64,000 nucleotides of DNA, taken from assembly GCA_017304675.1 (NCBI GenBank), contig JAFKLS010000020.1, positions 54,300-118,299 of the forward strand, read 5' to 3'. Below the pieces are notes generated by a model, which saw only the letters and a program-made list of their open reading frames with translations, was not told the origin of the DNA and searched no databases. The position numbers and the translations under genes are program-made. Each line of letters opens with the position of its first letter. The stretch's first letter is position 1. The stretch comes from Sphingobacteriia bacterium (GTDB lineage: Bacteria > Bacteroidota > Bacteroidia > Chitinophagales > Chitinophagaceae). Below, piece after piece: positions 40,007 through 48,705 of this stretch.

Positions 40007-42484
40007 TTGCAGGAAGAACTTTTTCATACCGATATTACTACCGCTTTGTTTGCAGAGGTTATTATTCCTTTGGCTTTGCCTACAACGTATACCTGGCGCA
40101 TTCCCCAGCATTTTCAACAATCTGTAACCATAGGTATACGCGTAGAGGTGCAATTGAGAAATAAAAAATATTCAGGGATCATCAGATCATTACACAAAGA
40201 AAAGCCTTCTGCATTCAAGCCTAAAGAAATATTGAATGTGTTAGATGATGAGCCGCTTCTCTATCCGCAGCAATTACAATTATGGCAGTGGATTGCTAAC
40301 TATTATTTATGTAGTGAAGGGGAAGTAATGCAGGCCGCCATTCCATCTAACTTAAAACTTTCAAGCGAAAGCGTTCTCATTCATAATGAAGAATTCGGCG
40401 TTGACTATTCTTCTCTTAACGATGAAGAATTTATTGTTGCAGAAGCACTGGAATTGAAAAAAGAGCTGCGTTTAAGTGAAGTGCAACAGTTATTGGATAT
40501 ATCGCATGTTTATCCAGTCATCAAAAAGCTGATTGATAAGGGTGTGTGCTTTATATGGGAAGAATTGAAAGAAAAATACAAAGAGAAAAAAGAGAATTTT
40601 GTTATACTTACTACAACATACCATAACGAAGATAAGTTAGCCGATTTGCTGAATAATTGGAGCAAAGCCCCCAGGCAAATGGAGCTTTTATTGGCTTACC
40701 TCCATTTATTAAAAACCAATGGAGAAGTAAAACAATCAGACCTGTTAAAAAAAGCCAATGCTTCTCTTGCACAACTAAAAGGCCTGCAAGATAAAGGTGT
40801 TGTTAGAATTGAAGCAAGATCTGTAAACAGGCTTAAGCCCATTAACGAAAAAGAAAGATCAGGCTTCAGTTTATCTCCTGCACAACAAAATGCACTTGCG
40901 GGAATACAAGAAAATTTTACGGAAAAAAATACCTGTTTACTGCACGGTGTAACAGCCAGCGGCAAAACACAGATTTATATTAAACTAATAGAATCTGTTA
41001 TAGAAAAAGGCGAACAGGTTTTGTATATGCTTCCTGAAATTGCTTTAACAGCACAAATCATCAGGCGCCTGCAGGAATATTTCGGTAATAGTATTGCCGT
41101 TTATCATTCCAAATTCAACCCGAACGAAAGAGTGGAGTTATGGAACAAAGTAAAAGAAGGTACTATTAAGATTGTATTGGGTGCCAGAAGTGCATTGTTC
41201 CTCCCGTTTAAACACATAGGACTTATTATTATAGACGAAGAACACGATGCGAGTTACAAACAACAAGACCCCGCACCAAGATACAATGCACGTGATGCGG
41301 CTATTTATTATGCCTCTTTATTCAATGCAAAAGTTTTACTGGGAAGTGCCACTCCTTCTGTAGACACTTATTACAATTGCATACATAACAAATACGGCTT
41401 GGTTGAACTCACAGAGCGGTTTGGGAATGTTTCTTTACCTGCTATAGAGATCATTGACCTGAAAAAAACCGTTCAGCAGCAAAAAGAAAAAATTGTTTTA
41501 ACCCAACCTCTAAAAGAAGCCATAGCACAATCGTTACATGAAAAAAAACAAATAATCATCTTTCAAAACAGAAGAGGTTATAGCCCCTATATATTATGCA
41601 ATACCTGTGGCTGGATACCTCAATGCAAACATTGCGATGTTACTTTAACTTACCACAAATCTAAAAATACACTGAGTTGTCACTATTGCGGAACATCTTA
41701 CCCTGTTTTGCAAACCTGTGCTGCCTGTGGAAGCCACAATTTCATTCAGAAAAATTTCGGTACCGAGAAAATAGAGGAATTGATAGCAGAAACATTTTCC
41801 GATGCCAAAACAGCCAGGATGGATTATGATACGGTAAAAGGAAAACACGACTATGATGCGCTGATCAGGCTATTTGAACAACAAAGAATAGATATCCTGG
41901 TAGGAACACAAATGGTAGTTAAAGGGCTCGATTTTGAGCATGTGAACCTTGTTGGTATTACAGATGCAGATGGCATTTTAAATTTTGCAGATTTCAGGGT
42001 TAATGAAAGAGCTTTTCAATTAATGGAGCAGGTTAGCGGCAGGGCCGGTAGAAAAGATGGCAATGGTAAAGTACTGATCCAGGTAAGTAACGTGCAACAT
42101 CCTGTACTTCATTTTGTAAAAGAACATAATTATAAGCAGTTTTTTGAGCATGAAATATTGGCAAGAAAAATGTATCATTATCCTCCTTACTCAAGAATCA
42201 TCAATATTGTTTTCAAACATAAGCTTAACCATATTGCAGAAGAAGCTGCCAACATTATGAAAGGAGGCTTAAGCAGCACTTTTGGGCTATATATAAACGG
42301 TCCTGCGCAGCCGATGGTTAACAGAATACGAAACCAGTATCTTTGGGAATTGCAGCTTAAACTTCCTAAAAACACTGCTTTAATACAGCATTGTAAAACG
42401 GCCATTCTGCAACAATCAACCATTATTCAATCTAACAAACAATACAGCGCCGTATCTATCATTGCAGATGTAGACCCGGTCTAA
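40007..42484 (+). CDS. priA: Primosomal replication restart protein N'
   Basis: GVTASGKT, DEEHD, a Cys-rich zinc insert (CNTCGW...CKHCD...CHYCG...CAACG) and QVSGRAGR are present. The TTG start is uncertain. Confidence 0.9.
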   Translation: MQEELFHTDITTALFAEVIIPLALPTTYTWRIPQHFQQSVTIGIRVEVQLRNKKYSGIIRSLHKEKPSAFKPKEILNVLDDEPLLYPQQLQLWQWIANYYLCSEGEVMQAAIPSNLKLSSESVLIHNEEFGVDYSSLNDEEFIVAEALELKKELRLSEVQQLLDISHVYPVIKKLIDKGVCFIWEELKEKYKEKKENFVILTTTYHNEDKLADLLNNWSKAPRQMELLLAYLHLLKTNGEVKQSDLLKKANASLAQLKGLQDKGVVRIEARSVNRLKPINEKERSGFSLSPAQQNALAGIQENFTEKNTCLLHGVTASGKTQIYIKLIESVIEKGEQVLYMLPEIALTAQIIRRLQEYFGNSIAVYHSKFNPNERVELWNKVKEGTIKIVLGARSALFLPFKHIGLIIIDEEHDASYKQQDPAPRYNARDAAIYYASLFNAKVLLGSATPSVDTYYNCIHNKYGLVELTERFGNVSLPAIEIIDLKKTVQQQKEKIVLTQPLKEAIAQSLHEKKQIIIFQNRRGYSPYILCNTCGWIPQCKHCDVTLTYHKSKNTLSCHYCGTSYPVLQTCAACGSHNFIQKNFGTEKIEELIAETFSDAKTARMDYDTVKGKHDYDALIRLFEQQRIDILVGTQMVVKGLDFEHVNLVGITDADGILNFADFRVNERAFQLMEQVSGRAGRKDGNGKVLIQVSNVQHPVLHFVKEHNYKQFFEHEILARKMYHYPPYSRIINIVFKHKLNHIAEEAANIMKGGLSSTFGLYINGPAQPMVNRIRNQYLWELQLKLPKNTALIQHCKTAILQQSTIIQSNKQYSAVSIIADVDPV

Positions 42485-42497
42485 AGAAATTTTAAAA

Positions 42498-43517
42498 ATG
42501 ACGATACTGCAAAACATTTCCCTTAAACCTTACAATACTTTCGGTATAGATGTTACTGCAAAACAATTCGCAACATTTACATCTGTTGAAGAATTAAAAG
42601 AATTGATTTCAAATTCAAAGTTCAAAACGCAAAATTCAAAATTGATTCTTGGTGGCGGAAGCAATATTCTTTTCACAAAAGATTTTGACGGCATCATTTT
42701 AAAAAATGAACTGAAAGGAATTGAACTGGTTCATCAGGATGAAGAATATTTTTATATAAAAGCTGCTGCCGGAGAAAACTGGCATTCTTTTGTTTTGCAT
42801 TGCTTAAATCACAATTATGCAGGCATTGAAAACCTAAGCCTTATTCCCGGAACAGTTGGAGCCAGCCCCATGCAAAACATAGGTGCATATGGCATTGAAA
42901 TAAAAGATATTTTTTATCAGTTAGAAGCGCTGCATATTACCACACAAACGGTTCAAACATTTAACATAGAAGATTGTGGCTTTGGTTATAGAACCAGTGT
43001 TTTTAAAACCAAACTCAAAAATGAGTTCATTATTCTGAACGTTACCTATAAACTTCGCAAAAAAGCAGTGCTGAATACCAGCTACGGAGCTATTGAAAAA
43101 GAGTTAGAGGCCATGCATATTGCCGAGCCAAATATTCAATCGGTTGCAGATGCTGTTATCCGTATCCGTTCATCCAAGTTACCCGATCCTGCAAGAATTG
43201 GCAATGCCGGTAGCTTCTTTAAAAACCCTGTAATATCAAAATTCAGGCGGCATGCTATTGCAGAGCGTTTTAAAGATCTGCCATCTTTTGTAATTGACGA
43301 CATGCATTATAAGATTGCAGCAGGATGGTTAATTGAAAAGTGTGGTTTTAAAGGATTTAGAAAGGGTGATGCAGGCTGTCATAAAGATCAGGCCCTGGTA
43401 CTGGTAAATTATGGCCACGCCAAGGGCTCTGAGATATTTGATTTAAGTGAAACCATAATCAGCGCAGTAAAAAAAGAATTTGGTATAGAACTGGAAAGGG
43501 AAGTGAACATTTATTAA
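42498..43517 (+). CDS. murB: UDP-N-acetylmuramate dehydrogenase
   Basis: LKPYNTFGI...GGGSNILF...AGSFFKNP are typical of MurB. Confidence 0.9.
   Translation: MTILQNISLKPYNTFGIDVTAKQFATFTSVEELKELISNSKFKTQNSKLILGGGSNILFTKDFDGIILKNELKGIELVHQDEEYFYIKAAAGENWHSFVLHCLNHNYAGIENLSLIPGTVGASPMQNIGAYGIEIKDIFYQLEALHITTQTVQTFNIEDCGFGYRTSVFKTKLKNEFIILNVTYKLRKKAVLNTSYGAIEKELEAMHIAEPNIQSVADAVIRIRSSKLPDPARIGNAGSFFKNPVISKFRRHAIAERFKDLPSFVIDDMHYKIAAGWLIEKCGFKGFRKGDAGCHKDQALVLVNYGHAKGSEIFDLSETIISAVKKEFGIELEREVNIY
42604..42648. repeat. Heptamer tandem array (TTCAAAA family) inside murB
   Basis: AAATTCA AAGTTCA AAACGCA AAATTCA AAATTGA, encoding SNSKFKTQNSKL. Confidence 0.65.
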
Positions 43518-43545
43518 CCCGCAGGCATATAAGGTTTTTAACAAA

Positions 43546-43583
43546 AAGGATAAGGCCCGCCGGTAGGCGGGCCTTATCCTTTT
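43546..43583. terminator. Strong bidirectional terminator between murB and the ompA-like gene
   Basis: A perfect 16-bp stem, AAGGATAAGGCCCGCC / GGCGGGCCTTATCCTT, with loop GGTA and A/T runs on both sides. Confidence 0.85.
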
Positions 43584-43608
43584 CAGAACCGGCATAAAAC
43601 GGATCCGG

Positions 43609-44943
43609 TTATTTTTTAGTTTTAAATTCTACTCTTCTGTTCTCTGCTCTGCCTTTTACTGTTTTGTTATCGGCAACTGGCTGAGAAGAACCAAAACCTG
43701 CAGCACTTAATCTTTCAGCGGCAATACCATTTTTCACAAAATAATCTTTTACTGCATCAGCACGTTTTTGAGATAATGCAAGGTTTGTTTTATCAGAACC
43801 TGTATTATCGGTATAACCTTCAATAATCAAATTCAAAGAAGCATGGTCTTTTAATATAGTAACGGCTTTATCAAGTTCTGCTTTAGCCACTTTTGTTAAT
43901 ACGGCAGTGCCTGTAGCAAACTGAACCTGTTTGTAGTTGAAGCCAAAGTCTTTAATTTCAGGGCAACCTGCATTAGAAGCTGGTCCTTTTTCAGTAGGGC
44001 ATTTATCTTCTTCATCGTTTACACCATCACCATCGGTATCAGGGATAGGACAACCCTGGTAACGTGCAACACCGGGTACAGTAGGGCATTTATCTTCTTC
44101 ATCGTTAATACCATCACCATCGGTATCAGGAATTGGGCAACCTTGGTATTTTGCCACACCCGGTACGGTTGGGCATTTGTCGTTCTCATCATTAATACCA
44201 TCACCATCGGTATCAGGAACAGGACAACCCTGGTATTTTGCCACACCCGGTACAGTAGGGCATTTATCCTGATCATCAGGAATACCATCTTTGTCTGTAT
44301 CTACCACAACTGGAGCCGGAGGTGGTGGTGGAGTTGGAGCCAACACAGGAGCAGCTTTTTTCTCAGTTAATGGTGATGAGAAACCTAGAGAATAATGGAA
44401 ATTATAGTTAGAAAGATCACTAACTCTTAAATGGTAATTCCATTGCAGGTTAATAAAAGAACCTTCGCCTAATTTAAATTGTAAACCGGTTCCAACAGGA
44501 ATATACGCATAATAATATGTACCTCCTACCATACCAGCACCAACACCGGCAGACAAATAAGGTACTACCGCATAGTTATCTGTTAACAGTTTTAAGTTAA
44601 CATTGGCATCTGATTCTAGTAAGAACTTATCGGTTCCAACCTTTGTTCCATTATAAAAAGGGTAGTTTACAAAAGTGCCATGCAAACTGGCCATAAAATC
44701 AATGTAATCGTTCAATCCCTGAAAATAGGATATAGACATACCCGGATTCATATTAGATACTTTATTCCAGCTACCATCTCTTAACACAGAGCCTAATCCA
44801 TTCTGGCCGATCAAATCCGGAGTTACATAATCTTTCAAAAAAAAGTTGATGCCTAATGTAGGGCGTTTTGTTAAGTCTGTTTTTTGGCTAAATGCAATTA
44901 CTGTCGAAAATAATACCACCAGTAAAGAAGCAATTTTTCTCAT
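43609..44943 (-). CDS. OmpA family outer-membrane protein with thrombospondin type-3 repeats
   Basis: An N-terminal beta-barrel, a Pro-rich linker, repeated DKCPTVPGVAKYQGCP.PDTDGDGINDE units, and a C-terminal OmpA domain (NTGSDKTNLALSQKRADAV). Confidence 0.85.
   Translation of the reverse strand: MRKIASLLVVLFSTVIAFSQKTDLTKRPTLGINFFLKDYVTPDLIGQNGLGSVLRDGSWNKVSNMNPGMSISYFQGLNDYIDFMASLHGTFVNYPFYNGTKVGTDKFLLESDANVNLKLLTDNYAVVPYLSAGVGAGMVGGTYYYAYIPVGTGLQFKLGEGSFINLQWNYHLRVSDLSNYNFHYSLGFSSPLTEKKAAPVLAPTPPPPPAPVVVDTDKDGIPDDQDKCPTVPGVAKYQGCPVPDTDGDGINDENDKCPTVPGVAKYQGCPIPDTDGDGINDEEDKCPTVPGVARYQGCPIPDTDGDGVNDEEDKCPTEKGPASNAGCPEIKDFGFNYKQVQFATGTAVLTKVAKAELDKAVTILKDHASLNLIIEGYTDNTGSDKTNLALSQKRADAVKDYFVKNGIAAERLSAAGFGSSQPVADNKTVKGRAENRRVEFKTKK
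44002..44290. repeat. 87-bp tandem repeat, about 3.3 copies, encoding the TSP3 calcium-binding units
   Basis: Units start at 44002, 44089, 44176 and 44263 and are roughly 85 percent identical by eye. Confidence 0.8.
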
Positions 44944-45027
44944 AATGATTTTTTTGGTTGGGCAAAAATAGAGTGTTCCGTTTATTTAATGAAAAAATAC
45001 AAAATATTCATTTATTCACATAAAATA

Positions 45028-45516
45028 CTAATCCACAGTTCCTTTTGGTAATTCTTCTACCAAAACTTTGGTTAATCCTTTCTTTATGAAGTTTAGTTTT
45101 TGGGCTGCAAGCCTTGTTACATCAATCACCCTGCCTTTTCTGGCCATACGGGGGTGCATCCTATCGTTAATACGTATAATGACCGATTTACCGTTACTCA
45201 GGTTGGTGACTCTTACCCAAGAATTTAACCTAAAGTTATTACTGGCACCCGTAAGCTTATCGTGCCTGAATCGCTCTCCCGTAGCAGTTTTGGTGCCTTC
45301 CAGGTTTCTACTGTAAAAGCTTGCAATGCCCTTAAGCACTTTAAATATATGTCCGTTACTATCGGCTTTAGCTACAATAGTATCTATTGAAGAAGGGATG
45401 TTGATGGTGTCCCTGAACAATATGAGTGAATCATTCTTTTTTATGCTCGTATCTGCTTGGCTCCAAGCAGTACTTGCACAAATACATACCGCAATAAGGC
45501 TTAATAGTTTTTTCAT
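45028..45516 (-). CDS. rlpA: Septal ring lytic transglycosylase RlpA family (DPBB) protein
   Basis: Signal peptide plus GIASFYSRNLEGTKTATGERF...VRVTNLSNGKSVIIRINDR. Confidence 0.8.
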   Translation of the reverse strand: MKKLLSLIAVCICASTAWSQADTSIKKNDSLILFRDTINIPSSIDTIVAKADSNGHIFKVLKGIASFYSRNLEGTKTATGERFRHDKLTGASNNFRLNSWVRVTNLSNGKSVIIRINDRMHPRMARKGRVIDVTRLAAQKLNFIKKGLTKVLVEELPKGTVD

Positions 45517-45691
45517 GCTTTATTGTTTCGTTATATGCCGGCCTGTATTTTTTATGAAAATACTTTATAGTTTTTACAAACTATCGGCAAATAATTCCAT
45601 GCCTTTTGCCAACTATTGTGCCAAAACTGTAATAAAATCACTCAATTCTAATCAGGTAATTTATAAAACACTGAAAATCAGTTACGATATT

Positions 45692-45994
45692 TTAAGAGTG
45701 TTTAAATTTTCCTGTTTTTTCCTCACCGGTAACAGCTCCCTGGCTCCTTATTTGGATTTGTAAATTGCTAATCCATTCTGCACAATTCCTGTTGTACAAA
45801 TACTCATTCACCTGGTGAATTACACCCATAACCTCCTCATAAGTTCCTTCCAAAACAGTTGAAAAAGCCCCAACCTCATATTTAATTCCTGATTTTTGAA
45901 TGATGGCAATGGCCTCATCAACCCATTCGTAAGGATGCTTATCTAAAACCACGGGAACAATTTGAATGGATGCGTTGATGATATATGAATGCAT
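45692..45994 (-). CDS. MTH1187/YkoF-like (UPF0045) thiamine-binding family protein
   Basis: 100 aa. NASIQIVPV...AIAIIQKSGIKYEVGAFSTVLEG. Confidence 0.75.
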   Translation of the reverse strand: MHSYIINASIQIVPVVLDKHPYEWVDEAIAIIQKSGIKYEVGAFSTVLEGTYEEVMGVIHQVNEYLYNRNCAEWISNLQIQIRSQGAVTGEEKTGKFKHS

Positions 45995-46001
45995 ATATAG
46001 A

Positions 46002-46036
46002 GAATTATGGATTAAGAATTATGAGTTATTAAGATT
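46002..46036. repeat. Heptamer tandem array (GAATTAT family), intergenic
   Basis: GAATTAT GGATTAA GAATTAT GAGTTAT TAAGATT. Confidence 0.55.
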
Positions 46037-46044
46037 GGAGCTTT

Positions 46045-46362
46045 TTATTTGGAATTTATTAGCTCAATTTTTATCACAGCGTCAATATTAATGGTTCCAA
46101 AAACATGAGGAAATTCTTCATTAACAGATGGAGCCAGTTCAAATTTCAATTCGTTTTGCAATTTTGAAATATCAATATGCAATTTCACAAGATCATTCTT
46201 CCCTTGAAAGTATCTTCCTAAAACACCTGCAACTTGTTCTGCTTTGCTGCAATGAATAAAGCCTTCTGTGTGCAATGATGCTGCTTCATAAAATCCTTTC
46301 TGCAAAGCTGTTTCCCATTCTTGTTTTGTGGTTACATGATAGATCACTTCCATTTCTTCCAC
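46045..46362 (-). CDS. DUF952 domain-containing protein
   Basis: 105 aa. IYHVTTKQEWE...EGFIHCS...FPHVFG is the DUF952 pattern. It overlaps the aroC stop by 1 nt. Confidence 0.75.
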   Translation of the reverse strand: MEEMEVIYHVTTKQEWETALQKGFYEAASLHTEGFIHCSKAEQVAGVLGRYFQGKNDLVKLHIDISKLQNELKFELAPSVNEEFPHVFGTINIDAVIKIELINSK

Positions 46363-47357
46363 TATTTAATTACTCTAGAAATTCTTTGTTCTAATAACAT
46401 TGCATCTGCTAAAACAATAGCTGTTGCTGCTTCTACAATCACTGGCGCTCTTAATGCAACACAGAGATCATGCCTTCCTTTAATAGAAAAAGTTTCTTGT
46501 TGTTCTGTATCCCAATTCGAGCTTGTTTGTTCTTTTGGCGTTGATGAAGTTGGTTTAATAGCAATTCTGAAAACAAGATCGTTGCCATTACTGATACCAC
46601 CAACAATTCCACCGGCATGATTTGTTCTAGTTGCACCTTGCATATTTTCAATAGCATCGTTGTGTTCACTACCGAACATTTTTGCAGCAGCAAAACCTGC
46701 TCCGAACTCTACTCCTTTTACTGCAGGAATCGTAAACATCATATGCGCTAAAGAAGATTCCAACGAATCAAAATAAGGTTCGCCTAAACCAACCGGCATT
46801 CCTGTTACAACACATTCAACAATACCACCAACAGAATCTTTTGCATCAATTGCTTTTTGCAATCCTGCTTCAATATCTTTCAATCCAGCAACTTCTGTTA
46901 TGATTGCTGTAATTTGTAATTGCGATAATAATTTTTTTGCAATAGCGCCTGCAGCCACTAATCCGGTTGTTAATCTTGCACTGAAATGCCCACCACCTCT
47001 ATAATCTTCATTACCACCGAATTTTTCATGAGCCACCCAATCGGCATGTCCCGGTCTTGGAATACTTCTTTGTTTTTGATAATCTTCACTTCTTGTATTG
47101 TTATTCTCAAACAAAATAGTGATGGGAAATCCGGTTGTTTTTCCATTGAATATCCCACTCTTGAAAATTGGATAATCCGCTTCCTGACGAGGTGTTGTTC
47201 CTTTTTGTTTGCCACCTTTTCTCCTTTCCAAATCGAACAACAGGTCTTCTTCATTCAATGATAAACCTGCAGGACAACCATCAACAGTTATTCCAACACA
47301 TTCACCATGTGATTCACCAAAAATGGATACACGAAATATGCGACCGAATGAATTCAT
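46362..47357 (-). CDS. aroC: Chorismate synthase
   Basis: MNSFGRIFRVSIFGESHG and GRHD are present. I moved the start to the ATG at 47357; the track start at 47378 is TTG. Confidence 0.9.
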   Translation of the reverse strand: MNSFGRIFRVSIFGESHGECVGITVDGCPAGLSLNEEDLLFDLERRKGGKQKGTTPRQEADYPIFKSGIFNGKTTGFPITILFENNNTRSEDYQKQRSIPRPGHADWVAHEKFGGNEDYRGGGHFSARLTTGLVAAGAIAKKLLSQLQITAIITEVAGLKDIEAGLQKAIDAKDSVGGIVECVVTGMPVGLGEPYFDSLESSLAHMMFTIPAVKGVEFGAGFAAAKMFGSEHNDAIENMQGATRTNHAGGIVGGISNGNDLVFRIAIKPTSSTPKEQTSSNWDTEQQETFSIKGRHDLCVALRAPVIVEAATAIVLADAMLLEQRISRVIK

Positions 47358-47386
47358 TTTATAATTTTCAAATGACAATTTACGAA

Positions 47387-48703
47387 TTACAAGTGATTTA
47401 CTGAGGCTCCCAATTTTTGCAAATGCTCATAAAAGTTGGGATACGATTTATTGATGGCATTCGCTTCTTCAATTGCTGTATTGCCTTCTGCTCTTAACGC
47501 TGCGACAGCACAAGCCATTGCAATACGATGATCGTGACGAGAATGCACTGTTGCTCCTTTCAATCCGTTGCCACCTTTTATCATCATCAGGTCATCCTGC
47601 AATTCTATTTCAACACCTAACTTTTTAAATTCTTCCTGTAAGGTTAATCCTCTGTCACTTTCTTTATGCGCCAATCTTGAAACACCTTCTATCACTGTTG
47701 TTCCTTCGCAATAAGATGCTAATGCAACAAGCGGCGGAAATAAATCCGGACAATCAGTTGCATTAAAATGAAATGCTTTACCCCTAGCCCCTGAAGGGGG
47801 ATTAGAGATTTCAATTTCATTATCTCTAATAGAAATTTTGCAACCACAATCTTGCAAAGCTTCAATAATTTTTTTATCTGCCTGTGTTGATTGAATATCT
47901 AATCCTTTCACTACAATCCCATTTTGTGCAGCAACAGCACCAGCCACTAATAAAAATGCACCTCCACTCCAATCGCTTTCAACAGTGTAATTGACAATTG
48001 ACAATTGACGATTGACAATTGACGATTGAAAAATAAATTTTTCATAATTATGATTAACCGGAACATTCAAACCGAAGTCTTCCATCACTTTTAGAGTGAG
48101 ATCAACATAAGGTTTGCTCTTCAGATTATTCACTGAAATACTAACACCATCAGCGTTTGAAGCCGCATAGGCCAACAAAAATCCTGTTAAGAATTGAGAA
48201 CTTAAACTGCCATCGATTGTGATGTTTTTTGGTTGTAACGGACCTTTTACAACTAACGGAAGTTTCCCTTGATTCGATTGAATGAAAACATCTAACTGCG
48301 GAAGAATTTCATCAAAAAAATTCATCGGCCTTGTTGTTAAACTTCCCGAACCGTTGATCGTAATTTCACTTGAACTCAATGCAACCAATGGTGTGAACAT
48401 TCTAATGCTTAATCCGCTTTCACCACAATTGATAGATATAGGTGAATGGTGAGTGGTGAATGGTGAATGAATAATAGCATTCGTGCTATCTATCAATAAT
48501 TGACCATTTACAATTGACCATTCACATCCCATTTCTTTAATGATGCTTAACGCCGCTTTATCATCGTTACTGATGCCGGGATTATGTATGATTGATTTTC
48601 CTTTTCGCACCAAAGCCGCCGCACATGCCCTTTGCATAGAGCTTTTAGATGCAGGTGCAGTAATGGTTCCGGAAACAAATGAAGGTTGTATTTGAACGAT
48701 CAC
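47387..48703 (-). CDS. aroA: 3-phosphoshikimate 1-carboxyvinyltransferase (EPSP synthase), carrying three mini-repeat segments
   Basis: APASKSSMQRA, LAHKESDR and HDHRIAMA are present. At 438 aa it is longer than I expect for the family. Confidence 0.9.
   Translation of the reverse strand: MIVQIQPSFVSGTITAPASKSSMQRACAAALVRKGKSIIHNPGISNDDKAALSIIKEMGCEWSIVNGQLLIDSTNAIIHSPFTTHHSPISINCGESGLSIRMFTPLVALSSSEITINGSGSLTTRPMNFFDEILPQLDVFIQSNQGKLPLVVKGPLQPKNITIDGSLSSQFLTGFLLAYAASNADGVSISVNNLKSKPYVDLTLKVMEDFGLNVPVNHNYEKFIFQSSIVNRQLSIVNYTVESDWSGGAFLLVAGAVAAQNGIVVKGLDIQSTQADKKIIEALQDCGCKISIRDNEIEISNPPSGARGKAFHFNATDCPDLFPPLVALASYCEGTTVIEGVSRLAHKESDRGLTLQEEFKKLGVEIELQDDLMMIKGGNGLKGATVHSRHDHRIAMACAVAALRAEGNTAIEEANAINKSYPNFYEHLQKLGASVNHL
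47781..47800. repeat. C4/G4 mini hairpin element inside aroA
   Basis: CCCCTAGCCCCTGAAGGGGG, encoding PPSGARG. It shares the 11-mer CCCCTGAAGGG with 55558 and 56067. Confidence 0.75.
47989..48030. repeat. Heptamer tandem array, AATTGAC x6 (42 bp), inside aroA
   Basis: AATTGAC AATTGAC AATTGAC GATTGAC AATTGAC GATTGAA, encoding QSSIVNRQLSIVNY. Confidence 0.85.
48431..48472. repeat. Heptamer tandem array, AATGGTG family (42 bp), inside aroA
   Basis: GATAGAT ATAGGTG AATGGTG AGTGGTG AATGGTG AATGAAT, encoding HSPFTTHHSPISI. Confidence 0.75.
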
Positions 48704-48705
48704 GT

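Noticed and set aside
43587-43610. Second hairpin (AACCGG...CCGGTT) after the murB terminator
   Set aside because: It has only a 6-bp stem with a 12-nt loop and overlaps the ompA-family stop codon. The adjacent 16-bp hairpin already explains termination.
44019-44370. 89-aa and 75-aa ORFs within the OmpA repeat region
   Set aside because: They are alternative-frame or antisense products of the 87-bp tandem repeat, and their periodic sequences simply mirror the TSP3 repeat.
47989-48030. Possibility that the heptamer arrays are CRISPR-like or spacer-containing arrays
   Set aside because: The units are contiguous 7-mers with no spacers, the arrays are only 28-42 bp long, and there are no cas genes in the window.
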